Source of the DNA: Patescibacteria group bacterium
GTDB taxonomy: Bacteria > Patescibacteriota > Patescibacteriia > Patescibacteriales > JBAZCA01
Reading direction: 5' to 3'
Length of the DNA: 64,000 nucleotides
NCBI GenBank assembly: GCA_041661505.1
Contig: JBAZUF010000001.1
Coordinates: 113,576-177,575, forward strand
Shown: positions 16,116-25,200 of the stretch, one piece after another
Position numbering within the stretch: the first letter of the stretch is position 1
Layout: every line of letters begins with the position of its first letter
Translations under genes and position numbers: made by a program
The notes under the pieces: model-generated
Told to the model about the DNA's origin: nothing
Seen by the model: the letters and a program-made list of their open reading frames with translations, nothing else
Database searches by the model: none

Positions 16116-18221
16116 ATGCGTCGCCGGCGAAAACTCCGTATTTTCTTATCCAAATCAAGGATAATTTCCTCATTAGCAATTTTGGGCGCCCTTCTAATTG
16201 TCGCCAGCGTCCAGCCCAAAGAAGAAGCGCGAACCGCCGCGCCCTGCCCGGCAACGCCGATTAATTCCTCGACTCTTTTAAAAACCTACCATTTGCTCGA
16301 CTTAACCGACGGCTTTGGCGTTTCGCCCGCAAAAGACGGCGGTTTTTTTGTTGCCGGCGATACCATTCCGGCGGCGGGCATGGCGGCGCCCTACCCTTTT
16401 ATTTTTAGAACCAATTTAAAAGGCGATCTTTCCTGGAGCCGCTGGTTTTCGAGCCAAAGCCTGGCTCTTGGAGCTATGTCTTCCCGGCGGATAGGCCGGA
16501 TAACCGTGGAAACCTCTGACAATAATATTATCATGGCTAGCGATGTTTTGGATTTTGTTGATGAAAATAAAAAGGAGCTTTACGGCGATATTTTAGTTAC
16601 CAAGCTGAACTCCAAAGGCGGCTTAATATGGTCTCTAATGCTCGGCAACCATAGCCAGGATCGGCCGCGGAAAATGTGGGCCTTGCCGGACGGCGGAGTT
16701 ATGATTCTCGGACGCTTTTTAAAAACCGGCTATGGCAATGGCGACGGCGATACGGATACCATTCCCAGATACAGCGCGCTTATTAAAGTTGATAAAAACG
16801 GCAAGGTGCAGACAGCTAAAAAATTCGGTTGGGAGGCCGAAGATATGGAAAGGCTGGCGGACGGCAGTTATATCGCCCTGGCTAATATTGAGGTTCCTAA
16901 AACCGTCCAGCCGAAAAATATTTTAGGGCCGGAAGTGGTGCCGCACGCTTTGCCGACAATAGTTAGATTGGACAGCAAGCTGAATGTAGCCTGGGCGAAA
17001 AGCCTGGAGATGATTCCGTCGGAAATAAACGCGCCCACCAGCTACGCAAGCAGTACCTTAACCATAGGAAAGACTAAAATCCGCCTGGCGGGCGGGGATT
17101 TCCGCGCGGTTAAGCCGACCCCGGACGGTGGCTTTTTGGCTTTTGGCTATGAAAATTTAATTTTAACCACCGGGCTGAACGCCGGAGTTTCCAAAGAGGT
17201 AACGAGCTTCACTGTGCGCGCTTTTATCGCCGTAAAAGTCGACAAGGCGGGTAAGTACCAATGGGCGAAAAAATTAACCGTCAATCTGCCTTCCAGCGCC
17301 GCCTCAAACGATTTTCAGGTAGTAAAAACCGCGGACAATAAATTCGTTATCATGCAGGACGTGATTCATGATCTTGCCGCCGGTTTTACAAAAACTGCCC
17401 TGGCTTCAAATATAGAGCTTATAAAAATTGACCCGGACATTAATCCCGTCTGGGTAAAAAAAATCGAGGCTGAACGGGACTTGTCCGGCTACGGCATCGC
17501 GGCGACGGCCGACAAAGGCGTCGTGATTTCGGCGAGCATGTTAACAACCAAACAGCATATGGTTATGTTGAGCCTTGAGCCTTACAAGGAAGCGGCATTA
17601 ATCAAGGTGGACGTAAACGGCAAGGTCGAGGGCTATGTCGGCGCCCGCGATTTCCGCGGCGTAAGCTTGGAAGACCAAAGCCAGTATTTGGTGATGAACA
17701 GCATGGACGCCGGAAAAATCGCGGACTTAAAATTGAGCATCAATAAAAAAGTCAAGGAAAAACTTCCGGCCATAAAGAACACGGCCCGCAATATCAGCCC
17801 GTATAAAAAAAGTTTTGCAACGCCTGTTTGCTCTTTTTTAACGCAAAGCGCGTCCGGCCAGCCGGCGACCAACACGGCTAAAACCTGGGCGCTTATCAAT
17901 TACGAAAATACCAAAGCGGCCGCGGTAGAGGGGGATAAAAACCAAACCGTTAATGATGAACTTTTGCCAATGCTTAACCAGCTGTTCGCGAACCAGGTTA
18001 GGCTGAAAGACAATATGAAAAGCATGTGGCTTACCTATATTTTCCCGCGCCTTGTTACCCGCGCGGACGTAGAGGCGGTAGAGAATAAATACAAAGAGCT
18101 GGGCTATAAAATTGACGAGTCCGAAGGCGGCCGCCTATACGTTTCCCGGGTCGGCCTTACATTGCACATGACTTTTTCCATCGATAATTCCATGATGGGC
18201 AAATTAGAAGTGCTGTTTTAA
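16116..18221 (+). CDS. secreted or membrane-anchored repeat protein (beta-propeller-like), hypothetical
   Basis: N-terminal RRRRK plus hydrophobic anchor (ISSLAILGALLIVASV). Recurrent ...DGG(F/V)hhhG... strand motifs (KDGGFFVAGD, LPDGGVMILG, LADGSYIALA, TPDGGFLAFG, TADKGVVISA). No family named. Confidence 0.6.
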   Translation: MRRRRKLRIFLSKSRIISSLAILGALLIVASVQPKEEARTAAPCPATPINSSTLLKTYHLLDLTDGFGVSPAKDGGFFVAGDTIPAAGMAAPYPFIFRTNLKGDLSWSRWFSSQSLALGAMSSRRIGRITVETSDNNIIMASDVLDFVDENKKELYGDILVTKLNSKGGLIWSLMLGNHSQDRPRKMWALPDGGVMILGRFLKTGYGNGDGDTDTIPRYSALIKVDKNGKVQTAKKFGWEAEDMERLADGSYIALANIEVPKTVQPKNILGPEVVPHALPTIVRLDSKLNVAWAKSLEMIPSEINAPTSYASSTLTIGKTKIRLAGGDFRAVKPTPDGGFLAFGYENLILTTGLNAGVSKEVTSFTVRAFIAVKVDKAGKYQWAKKLTVNLPSSAASNDFQVVKTADNKFVIMQDVIHDLAAGFTKTALASNIELIKIDPDINPVWVKKIEAERDLSGYGIAATADKGVVISASMLTTKQHMVMLSLEPYKEAALIKVDVNGKVEGYVGARDFRGVSLEDQSQYLVMNSMDAGKIADLKLSINKKVKEKLPAIKNTARNISPYKKSFATPVCSFLTQSASGQPATNTAKTWALINYENTKAAAVEGDKNQTVNDELLPMLNQLFANQVRLKDNMKSMWLTYIFPRLVTRADVEAVENKYKELGYKIDESEGGRLYVSRVGLTLHMTFSIDNSMMGKLEVLF

Positions 18222-18295
18222 ATTTTATTTAACTGTCATAACCATAAAATATAAAGGTCGAAGAATTTACTCACTTAATTTAACAATAAACTTGT

Positions 18296-18940
18296 ATGGA
18301 TAAAAAAACCATCATTATCATCGCCATAACCGTCGTCGTGCTTGGCGGCGCGTATTACGGCTATAACCGCTGGCGCCAACAGCAATTAGCTAACCAGATT
18401 TTAAAGCAAATGTACGGAATAAATACCGGCGGAGGAATTTTAGATAAAATGACCGGCGCGGGCGGCAATATTTCCGGCCAGATGGCCCAGGAAATCGCCA
18501 AGATAGCGGCCAAGGAAGAAGCTAAGCAGAAAGAAGATGAAAAAAAGGAAGCGGCCAAGACGCCCCAAGACCGCTATAACGAAACCGAAGAAGTAGCGGC
18601 TTATGACGCCGCCTCCAAAGCCGCGGCCGGCGAAGCTAAAGAAATTATAGAAAAAGTTTTTGGCAGCGCGAAGTTAACCGGCGCCAATACTAATAATTAC
18701 ACCGACCAAAGCACGAGCTATAGCATTATGGAATTCAAAATCTCCCGATTGGCAACCGGAGCTGATTTGGGCGCGCTTTCTAAGGCCCTTGCCGATAAAG
18801 GCTTGCCGGTTATCCAAAGCGGCATCTCGGACAAAAGCGCTACGGTTTCGGCCGGCAGTAATGAAACCGCCGTATATACTTTTGCTTTTGAAATTGGCTC
18901 GCAGGACGTAAGCGCCAATATAATAAAAGTAAGCCAATAG
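18296..18940 (+). CDS. hypothetical membrane-anchored protein with A/K/E-rich low-complexity segment
   Basis: N-terminal TM (IIIIAITVVVLGGAYYGY), then AKEEAKQKEDEKKEAAK, then a ~90-aa C-terminal domain. Confidence 0.55.
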   Translation: MDKKTIIIIAITVVVLGGAYYGYNRWRQQQLANQILKQMYGINTGGGILDKMTGAGGNISGQMAQEIAKIAAKEEAKQKEDEKKEAAKTPQDRYNETEEVAAYDAASKAAAGEAKEIIEKVFGSAKLTGANTNNYTDQSTSYSIMEFKISRLATGADLGALSKALADKGLPVIQSGISDKSATVSAGSNETAVYTFAFEIGSQDVSANIIKVSQ

Positions 18941-18968
18941 TTTAATATTAATTTTTAATTCAATTGAT

Positions 18969-19301
18969 ATGGCCCAAAATCCTCCAGTCTTCGGCGGGAA
19001 AAAAAATACCGCGATGGCGGTCATCGCCTACATTTTATTTTTTATTCCGCTGTTAACCGGCGACGCGAAAAAAGATTCGTTCGTAAAATACCACACCAAG
19101 CAAGGCTTAGTCCTGTTTCTTCTCGTAGTTTTGTTAAATGTTATCGGCCGGATAATGCCGTTTTATTTCTGGTACACGATTAGCTGGATTTTAAGCTTAG
19201 GAACGCTGGTATTATTAATCATCGGCATCAGCAACGCGGTCGGCGGAAAAGAAGCTCCCTTGCCTTTAATCGGAAAATTTTCGGACGTCTTTAAGTTTTA
19301 A
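18969..19301 (+). CDS. small membrane protein, DUF4870-like
   Basis: 110 aa with AYILFFIPLLTGDAKKDSFVKYHTKQGLVLFLL, resembling the DUF4870 signature. 3 hydrophobic helices. Confidence 0.5.
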   Translation: MAQNPPVFGGKKNTAMAVIAYILFFIPLLTGDAKKDSFVKYHTKQGLVLFLLVVLLNVIGRIMPFYFWYTISWILSLGTLVLLIIGISNAVGGKEAPLPLIGKFSDVFKF

Positions 19302-19331
19302 GTTTTTTTCCGCAAGATAAAACAAATTTAT

Positions 19332-19366
19332 AAAAATCATCCCGCGTTTAGGCGGGATGATTTTTT
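19332..19366. terminator. bidirectional rho-independent terminator
   Basis: A5, stem ATCATCCCGC/GCGGGATGAT (19336-19345/19352-19361), then T6. Confidence 0.8.
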
Positions 19367-19393
19367 AGTTCTGGCGAAGCCGGAAAACCCTTT

Positions 19394-20887
19394 CTAAATA
19401 TTGATAATCGGCCGGCCAAAAAATTTCTTTCTTAATTCCGCCAGACTGCGGACATAAACCTTTTGGCCTTTTTCAATATGGTAAATTTTCTTGTCCTTGC
19501 CCCGGATTAAATCGCCTTCTGTATAGCCAAAAATAGGAGCACCGGCCGGATAAGCGTAAATAGTAAAATCAGTAACAATGTTTACTTTTTTTCCTTTGAA
19601 TTTTCTCAAAGCAATTAAATCAACGATCCAGCGGCGCTTTTGGTTTTCAATATAATATATTTTTCTATCCGAACCGCTGATTAAAGATCCGTCCTTGTAG
19701 ATTTTTTCCCCGAGCACAACTCCATTGTCTTTTTTCTCTTCCTCGTTTTTTTCTTCTTCTGATCCGTTTTTTTCCTCTTCTATAACACAGGCTCTTTCCA
19801 GCGAATTTTTTTCCGTTTGGCTCATTTCGCAATTGCCGGGCTGTTTCGAAACTGCAGTCCTTGCTTGCTTTCCATCCTTACATACTCCCCAATCGCTATA
19901 TTCAACGCTAGAACAGCTGGCGGTTGATTGGTAAGAACCTCCGGAAGAACCAGACGGCGGAGGCAAGGGATTTTGGGCAAAGGTGGTAAAAAAAGTAAAG
20001 TGCTTGGTCCAGATATACAAATCAACGCCGTTGTCAAACTTGCATTCGGTTACGCCGCCCACCAAGCTCGCGCCATTATTAGCCGGGCAGACATTGGTGA
20101 TTTCCGTAAAATCTCCGCCGTTTCTTGAATACCCGACCCGCCTTCCGGTTTGCCCGGGCAAAAGTATGCTTACCGGCTGATCAAAGATTAAATGCTCGCC
20201 CGAAAATCCGATTTCAATTGTTTCTAAAACTTCGGCTAACTTTCCCGGGTCGCTCGGGACTGTTACGGTTGTATTCGGCTTAATAGTCGGAGCGATAATC
20301 GAGCCGTCCCAGGTCGAACTCCCGGTAATAACGGTTCCGGCCGGAAAATTTATCTCAAACCGGTAATTCGGGTCAGTAGCTTCCCTTTTAATTAAAAATC
20401 CTCCGGCGCCGATTGTTACCTGTTTGTCGGTTCCGCTCGCGGTTGGAGTAAAACTAACTTTGGCCTCCGCGTCCGGCGCGAGAGTCGAGGGAAAAGTTGT
20501 ACTACTAGTCCATTGGTTAGCCATCCGTTCTTCAGGGCTTAAAATCAAATTCAAATTGACGCTCGCGGTTGAGGCAACGTCCGGACAAACCGTTTCACCG
20601 GCAATATTGCCGTTTATGGAAAAAAATAAATTTTCCCCAACCATTTCCGAGCAAGGCATTTCATAGTAATATTTCCCGGTTTGCCTTGGGCTGGTTGTCG
20701 CCCATTCGGAATTATCGGCTACTTTTTTTATCGTTATCAAGGTATCAAGCGCCGCCGGGGAGCCGTCGATAGTAACATTCCCATAATAAAATACCGGCAA
20801 GCTCGGCGGGTCGGGAATAACGGCCCAGGCCGCCAAAGGCAAGAAAAATAAGAAGGCAAAAAGAAATTTTATCGCCGTTTTGCGCAT
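19394..20887 (-). CDS. secreted protein, paralogous N-domain to 21002-22162, Cys-rich module, EEK linker, two C-terminal ~45-aa repeats
   Basis: Signal peptide MRKTAIKFLFAFLFFLPLAAWA. N-domain VFYYGNVTIDGSPAALDTLITI aligns to VVYGDLKIDSANAPIGTVVTVF of the neighbour. C-terminal repeats YKDGSLISGSDRKIYYIENQKRRWI and YTEGDLIRGKDKKIYHIEKGQKVYV. Confidence 0.65.
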   Translation of the reverse strand: MRKTAIKFLFAFLFFLPLAAWAVIPDPPSLPVFYYGNVTIDGSPAALDTLITIKKVADNSEWATTSPRQTGKYYYEMPCSEMVGENLFFSINGNIAGETVCPDVASTASVNLNLILSPEERMANQWTSSTTFPSTLAPDAEAKVSFTPTASGTDKQVTIGAGGFLIKREATDPNYRFEINFPAGTVITGSSTWDGSIIAPTIKPNTTVTVPSDPGKLAEVLETIEIGFSGEHLIFDQPVSILLPGQTGRRVGYSRNGGDFTEITNVCPANNGASLVGGVTECKFDNGVDLYIWTKHFTFFTTFAQNPLPPPSGSSGGSYQSTASCSSVEYSDWGVCKDGKQARTAVSKQPGNCEMSQTEKNSLERACVIEEEKNGSEEEKNEEEKKDNGVVLGEKIYKDGSLISGSDRKIYYIENQKRRWIVDLIALRKFKGKKVNIVTDFTIYAYPAGAPIFGYTEGDLIRGKDKKIYHIEKGQKVYVRSLAELRKKFFGRPIINI

Positions 20888-20925
20888 GAAATTAGCTTTA
20901 GAGAGTTAGAGAGCTCTTTTCCTAT

Positions 20926-20973
20926 CTTTTCGCCCCTGAATAATCCGCCGGCTGGCGGACCGAACAATATCCC
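20926..20973 (-). repeat. duplicated relic of the last ~45 nt of the 21002-22162 gene, carrying an inserted hairpin
   Basis: CTTTTCGCCCCTGAATAA (20926-20943) equals 21006-21023, and CCGAACAAT (20960-20968) equals 21032-21040. The 8 nt between them are replaced by the palindrome TCCGCC-ggct-GGCGGA (20944-20959). Confidence 0.7.
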
Positions 20974-21001
20974 GTTTTCGGACATCAGGAAGCAGTCGAA
21001 C

Positions 21002-22162
21002 TTACCTTTTCGCCCCTGAATAAGCGATAGCCCGAACAATGTCCCAGTCTGAAGCCAGGCTCGGATTCTTTTTGAAGATGAATTTGAAGGTTTTTATGGC
21101 CGCGGCTTCGTTTTTGGTATTCCTTTTCGCGGTCCTTAACCCGTAAGCCATTATCGTAATAGCGGCGTTATCGTTAGCGTTCGAGAGGTTCGCGTTACGG
21201 CCGTAGATTTTCTTAAAGGTTAATTTTGCCCGGTCTTCGGCCGCTTTGCTTTTTTCCGCCGGCCATCTTCCCAAAGAAATCTTTAAGGCGTCCCGCCATT
21301 CAGTTTCGGTTTTCGGAAGTTTTCCAAAGGCGGCCCTATAGGAATCTAAAACTCCGGCCCGCTCTCCTTCGCCTAAGCCTTGAGTCCGCCGGGTGCCGTA
21401 AACGATAAAGTTCAGGTAAGCATTCTGATTAGTAGCCGAATAATTTTTTAGTCCCTTGATTAGCTTATCAATATACTTCTTTTTCCCGCTTGTCTCGCGG
21501 CTTAACTCCCTTTTGTTTCCAAGATGGGCTAGCAAGCTGTCAACATTCCCGGTATTCAAAATTTTGGCTTCGCCTTCAATATCGTCTAAAATCTGGTCGC
21601 TGATTTTTTCACCCAATACCTGGCCCGGAGTTGAAGGGACGCTTGGGCCGGGACTAATTAGGTTTGCGCTTCCATTATTCGTATTGGAATCGCCTGAAGA
21701 ACTGCCAGACCCCGATCCACTACTGCTTCCCGAACCTCCTCCGGAAGCTCCACCGCCGCCGCCAGAGCCCGAACCACCTCCGCCGCCACTACCACCCGAT
21801 CCGCCGGAACCGCCTGAAGTCGTTGTTGTTATGCTTAAGTCAATTTTGTCCGAAGCCTGCGAAACCGGATTGACGCAAACTTTTTCCGTTGCGTACGTTC
21901 CATTGACTTTGTAAACTAAATTCGCACCGGCATTAGCGGCTGGCACTTCGATAAAATATTTTCCGGCCTGGGTCGAAGAAACCCGCGCGGTTTCAGTCGC
22001 GCCGTTAAAGACCGTAACAACTGTTCCGATCGGGGCGTTGGCGGAATCAATTTTCAAATCCCCGTAAACCACTAAGGGAATTGCCGGAACTGAATCAGCG
22101 CCAAAAACCGCAGCCGGAGCTAAGAATGCGACAAGCATGAATAGGGATAGGATTTTTTTCAT
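21002..22162 (-). CDS. secreted protein with Gly/Ser-rich linker; paralogue of 19394-20887 in its N-domain
   Basis: Signal peptide MKKILSLFMLVAFLAPAAVFG, a ~50-aa G/S tract (nt ~21690-21830) and a helical C-terminal domain ending WDIVRAIAYSGAKR. Confidence 0.65.
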   Translation of the reverse strand: MKKILSLFMLVAFLAPAAVFGADSVPAIPLVVYGDLKIDSANAPIGTVVTVFNGATETARVSSTQAGKYFIEVPAANAGANLVYKVNGTYATEKVCVNPVSQASDKIDLSITTTTSGGSGGSGGSGGGGGSGSGGGGGASGGGSGSSSGSGSGSSSGDSNTNNGSANLISPGPSVPSTPGQVLGEKISDQILDDIEGEAKILNTGNVDSLLAHLGNKRELSRETSGKKKYIDKLIKGLKNYSATNQNAYLNFIVYGTRRTQGLGEGERAGVLDSYRAAFGKLPKTETEWRDALKISLGRWPAEKSKAAEDRAKLTFKKIYGRNANLSNANDNAAITIMAYGLRTAKRNTKNEAAAIKTFKFIFKKNPSLASDWDIVRAIAYSGAKR

Positions 22163-22195
22163 AATGATATCTTAATATAATGTCTCACCACTTTA

Positions 22196-22235
22196 GGGGA
22201 GCCCGGCCATTTTAGCAAGGCTCCCCCTTTTTTTG
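22196..22235 (+). terminator. intrinsic-terminator-like hairpin whose U-tract is on the plus strand
   Basis: GGGGAGCC (22196-22203) pairs with GGCTCCCC (22219-22226), followed by C-T7. On the minus strand the stem is preceded by A7, not followed by U. Confidence 0.5.
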
Positions 22236-22242
22236 TTAGTCA

Positions 22243-25200
22243 TTAGTCAGTAGGCACGATATTTCCGGCGCCGGTCGACCAGAGCCAGTAGCCTTTTCCG
22301 CCTTGCATGTAAGAGCCGGTTTTATCAGCGTTCGATTGGTCAAAGACGATATATCCGGAAGGCAAAGTCGAAAGATAGGTAGTCGTAGTCTTGTAAGCCG
22401 AAATTGATTTAAGGCCGATCAAATTCCAGCCGGAGATTACCGGATAGCTGGTAGGCGGATTTGGCGCTTCCGGGGCGATAGTTCCGGCAATTGTTAAAGT
22501 ATCGCTGCCATTCATATTCACCCAATAGCCGTTGCCATCTTTCATAATTCCTAAATCGCCTACTCCCGGCAATTCAGGATGGCCTTCCTGGACCGTGAAG
22601 GTCTGCCAGTCGCCATTATAATAGTATTGGACGGTATCAAGATTTGTTTTTATTCCGGCAATTACGTCTTCAATCGCCGTACTCCCCGGAATCACCGGCA
22701 AAGACATTAAATTCCAGCCCGAGCTCAAAGAAATAGTGCAGGTATAAACTCCGGCTACCGGACCGGTACAAATCGGATCAGGGTAAGCGACCGGTACGGC
22801 GATATTAAAGGCTGTGTTGCTCATATCAGAACCGGTATTACCCGCGGCGTCAGTAGCAGTAGCCCGGATAAAGACATTCGTAGAATTGGCACCGGCCGGA
22901 ATAGTCCATGGGTGACCTCCGCTATTTGAAGTATTTGTTACGATGTTATGCCAAGTAGCGCTGCCGTCAGTTGAATAGTCCAGGGTAACCAGGATGTTCG
23001 CTGACGAGGTAACATTGTCAGTCGCGGTCCAAGTAAGCGTATGGGTTGACCCTTCATCCCAAGTCTCTCCGCCGTTCGGGCTGTTGACCGCGATAACCGG
23101 ATCCGTCGTATCAACAACGGTCGAATGAGTAATCGTAAAGGTACTGCTTAAGTCAAAATCCGCGTTAGTCGCCAAATCGGTCACCGTAACTCTTATCTGG
23201 CAATCAGAGCTATTAATAGCCGGCACGGTCCACGAATAAGCGCCGTCATTTTCCGTCGCCCCGACGACCGAAGACCAAGTCAATCCCCCGTCCGAAGTAA
23301 ATTCGATTTTAATCGGCGTTCCGGCCGGCGGCCCGATATTCAAGTCCGTCGCCGTCCAGTTTATCGTATAAATATTTCCGCCAGTCAAAGTCTGCCCCGT
23401 AAACATGCTCGACAAGCTCATGACCGGATTGGTGTTATCCGTATTCAGCTGGCCGACGAGTTGGTAGGTAAAATTACTATAGCTATCTCTAGCTCTTACG
23501 CAGAGATAATCGGTATGGTCGCCGGAGATTGTGAAATCAGCCCCGCTCACATATGTGTTTAGTGGTGCGCTGAAGTCAGTACTATTACAAACTGCGTCGG
23601 AGCTAAAGCTATAATTATTGTAAGTAGCGCTCAAATGAGGATCGCTGGAAGTGATATTAATAACATCATCTTTTACCGGACCTGCTTCAACCCCGTTATT
23701 AATAGTAATCGACGGTGGAGTTGTATCTTTAGTTCGAGTGGCAGTAGCCGGAAGGCCTGAATTACCGGCGGCGTCAGTCATAACAACCGTAAGCGTAACT
23801 ACTCCGTCAGACAGGGTCGAAGTGTTAATCGAGCCGACGTGGTAAGTGGTTGAGGTGGCGATTCCGCTTCCTTCAACTGCCGCGGTCATCGGATCGGTAT
23901 CGTCCAGGCTATAAGTAAAGTTCGCGCCAACTTCGGCTCCGGTAAAGTTGAAATTAGCCGAAGTTTTTAGGCTGCTCGGGTATAAAGTTACCGCGTAGCC
24001 GGCTGGCGCGGCCGTATCTACTGTCCAAGTATGAGTAGTCGCGCTCAATTCAGCTTGCCAGTTGCCATATTTATCCCGGCCGATTACGTAAACTGTATGC
24101 GAACCGTCTGACAAGCCGGCCAAGGTAATTAGATCCGCAACTGCAGTTTCAGCCCCGAATGCTCCGCCGTCCAGTTTATATTTATAATAAACAATATTCG
24201 CGTCGCCTACGGTTATACTGGCCGAGGTTAAACTGGTCGGATCGGCTGGTGTCCCGGAAAGCGTTGCAGTCGGAAGCACTAAACTTATGTCAGTCCGTTC
24301 CGCATCAAAATACCATGGAGTAAAAGCGACATTGTCACTAACGGCGTTGCCGGTTCCATGAGGATTTGAAGTCAGATTATATGGGCCGCTCGGATCTCCC
24401 CACCAGTTTTGCGCGGCGTTCAAGGTGCCGGTTCCGGCGTTTAATATGCCGGTAGTGTTTCCGGTGAATGAGTTGTTGCTGACGCTAAACTCGGCTCCGG
24501 AAATATCGCTTCCAGCGCGCACGGATATTCCTAGATATGAATTGCTGAATGTGTTTCCCGTAACAGTTATCGGACCGGCATAAACTAAGCCTAAATCGTG
24601 ATAGGTGCGGATACCCGCGCCCCAGGTTGCGCTAGTACCCGGATCAGGGTTGGTAATGTTGTTAAATGTATTATTAGAGATATTAAGATTCCCCGAAGTA
24701 TTTGCAATCAGCATACCGTAATACTGGACTCCGTTAAAAGTGTTTCCGGTTATGTTGCCGGTAACGCTGCTTAGATTCAGTGCGCCGGAACTTGTTATGC
24801 CGGTCCACGTATTATTAGTAATGGTGATAGTATTGGCGCTCGCCGAGTAATGTCCTCCAACCTGAACTGTATCCGCGTTGGGCGTGTCAATGCTCGTAAA
24901 CAAGTTATCGTCTAGAGTGAGGATAGGATCCTCGAAGTACAAGCCATCGGTCATAGCTCCGCTGAATATATTTTTACGGAGCGAGATAGTTGCCCCGGAA
25001 GCATCGCTTCGCATTTCTGCCCCGGTGGTCGCGAACGTAAGTCCTTCAAAAGTTACAACCGCGGTCCCTGAAGTTATATTAAAAGTTGCAGGTCCTCCGC
25101 CAGCAGAACCTTCAATAATTGCCTCTGCAACACGCGACCCGCCGTTAGGGCTTATGCTGACGTTCGGGCCGGCTATAGTAAGAGATTTATTTATTGTTAT

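Noticed and set aside
21690-21830. Highly repetitive GC-rich DNA (ggNggN/agc-type repeats) that could be mistaken for a tandem-repeat locus or a CRISPR-like array.
   Set aside because: It is the in-frame Gly/Ser-rich linker of the 21002-22162 secreted protein. It has no repeat-spacer periodicity and no flanking leader. No CRISPR array was seen anywhere in the window.
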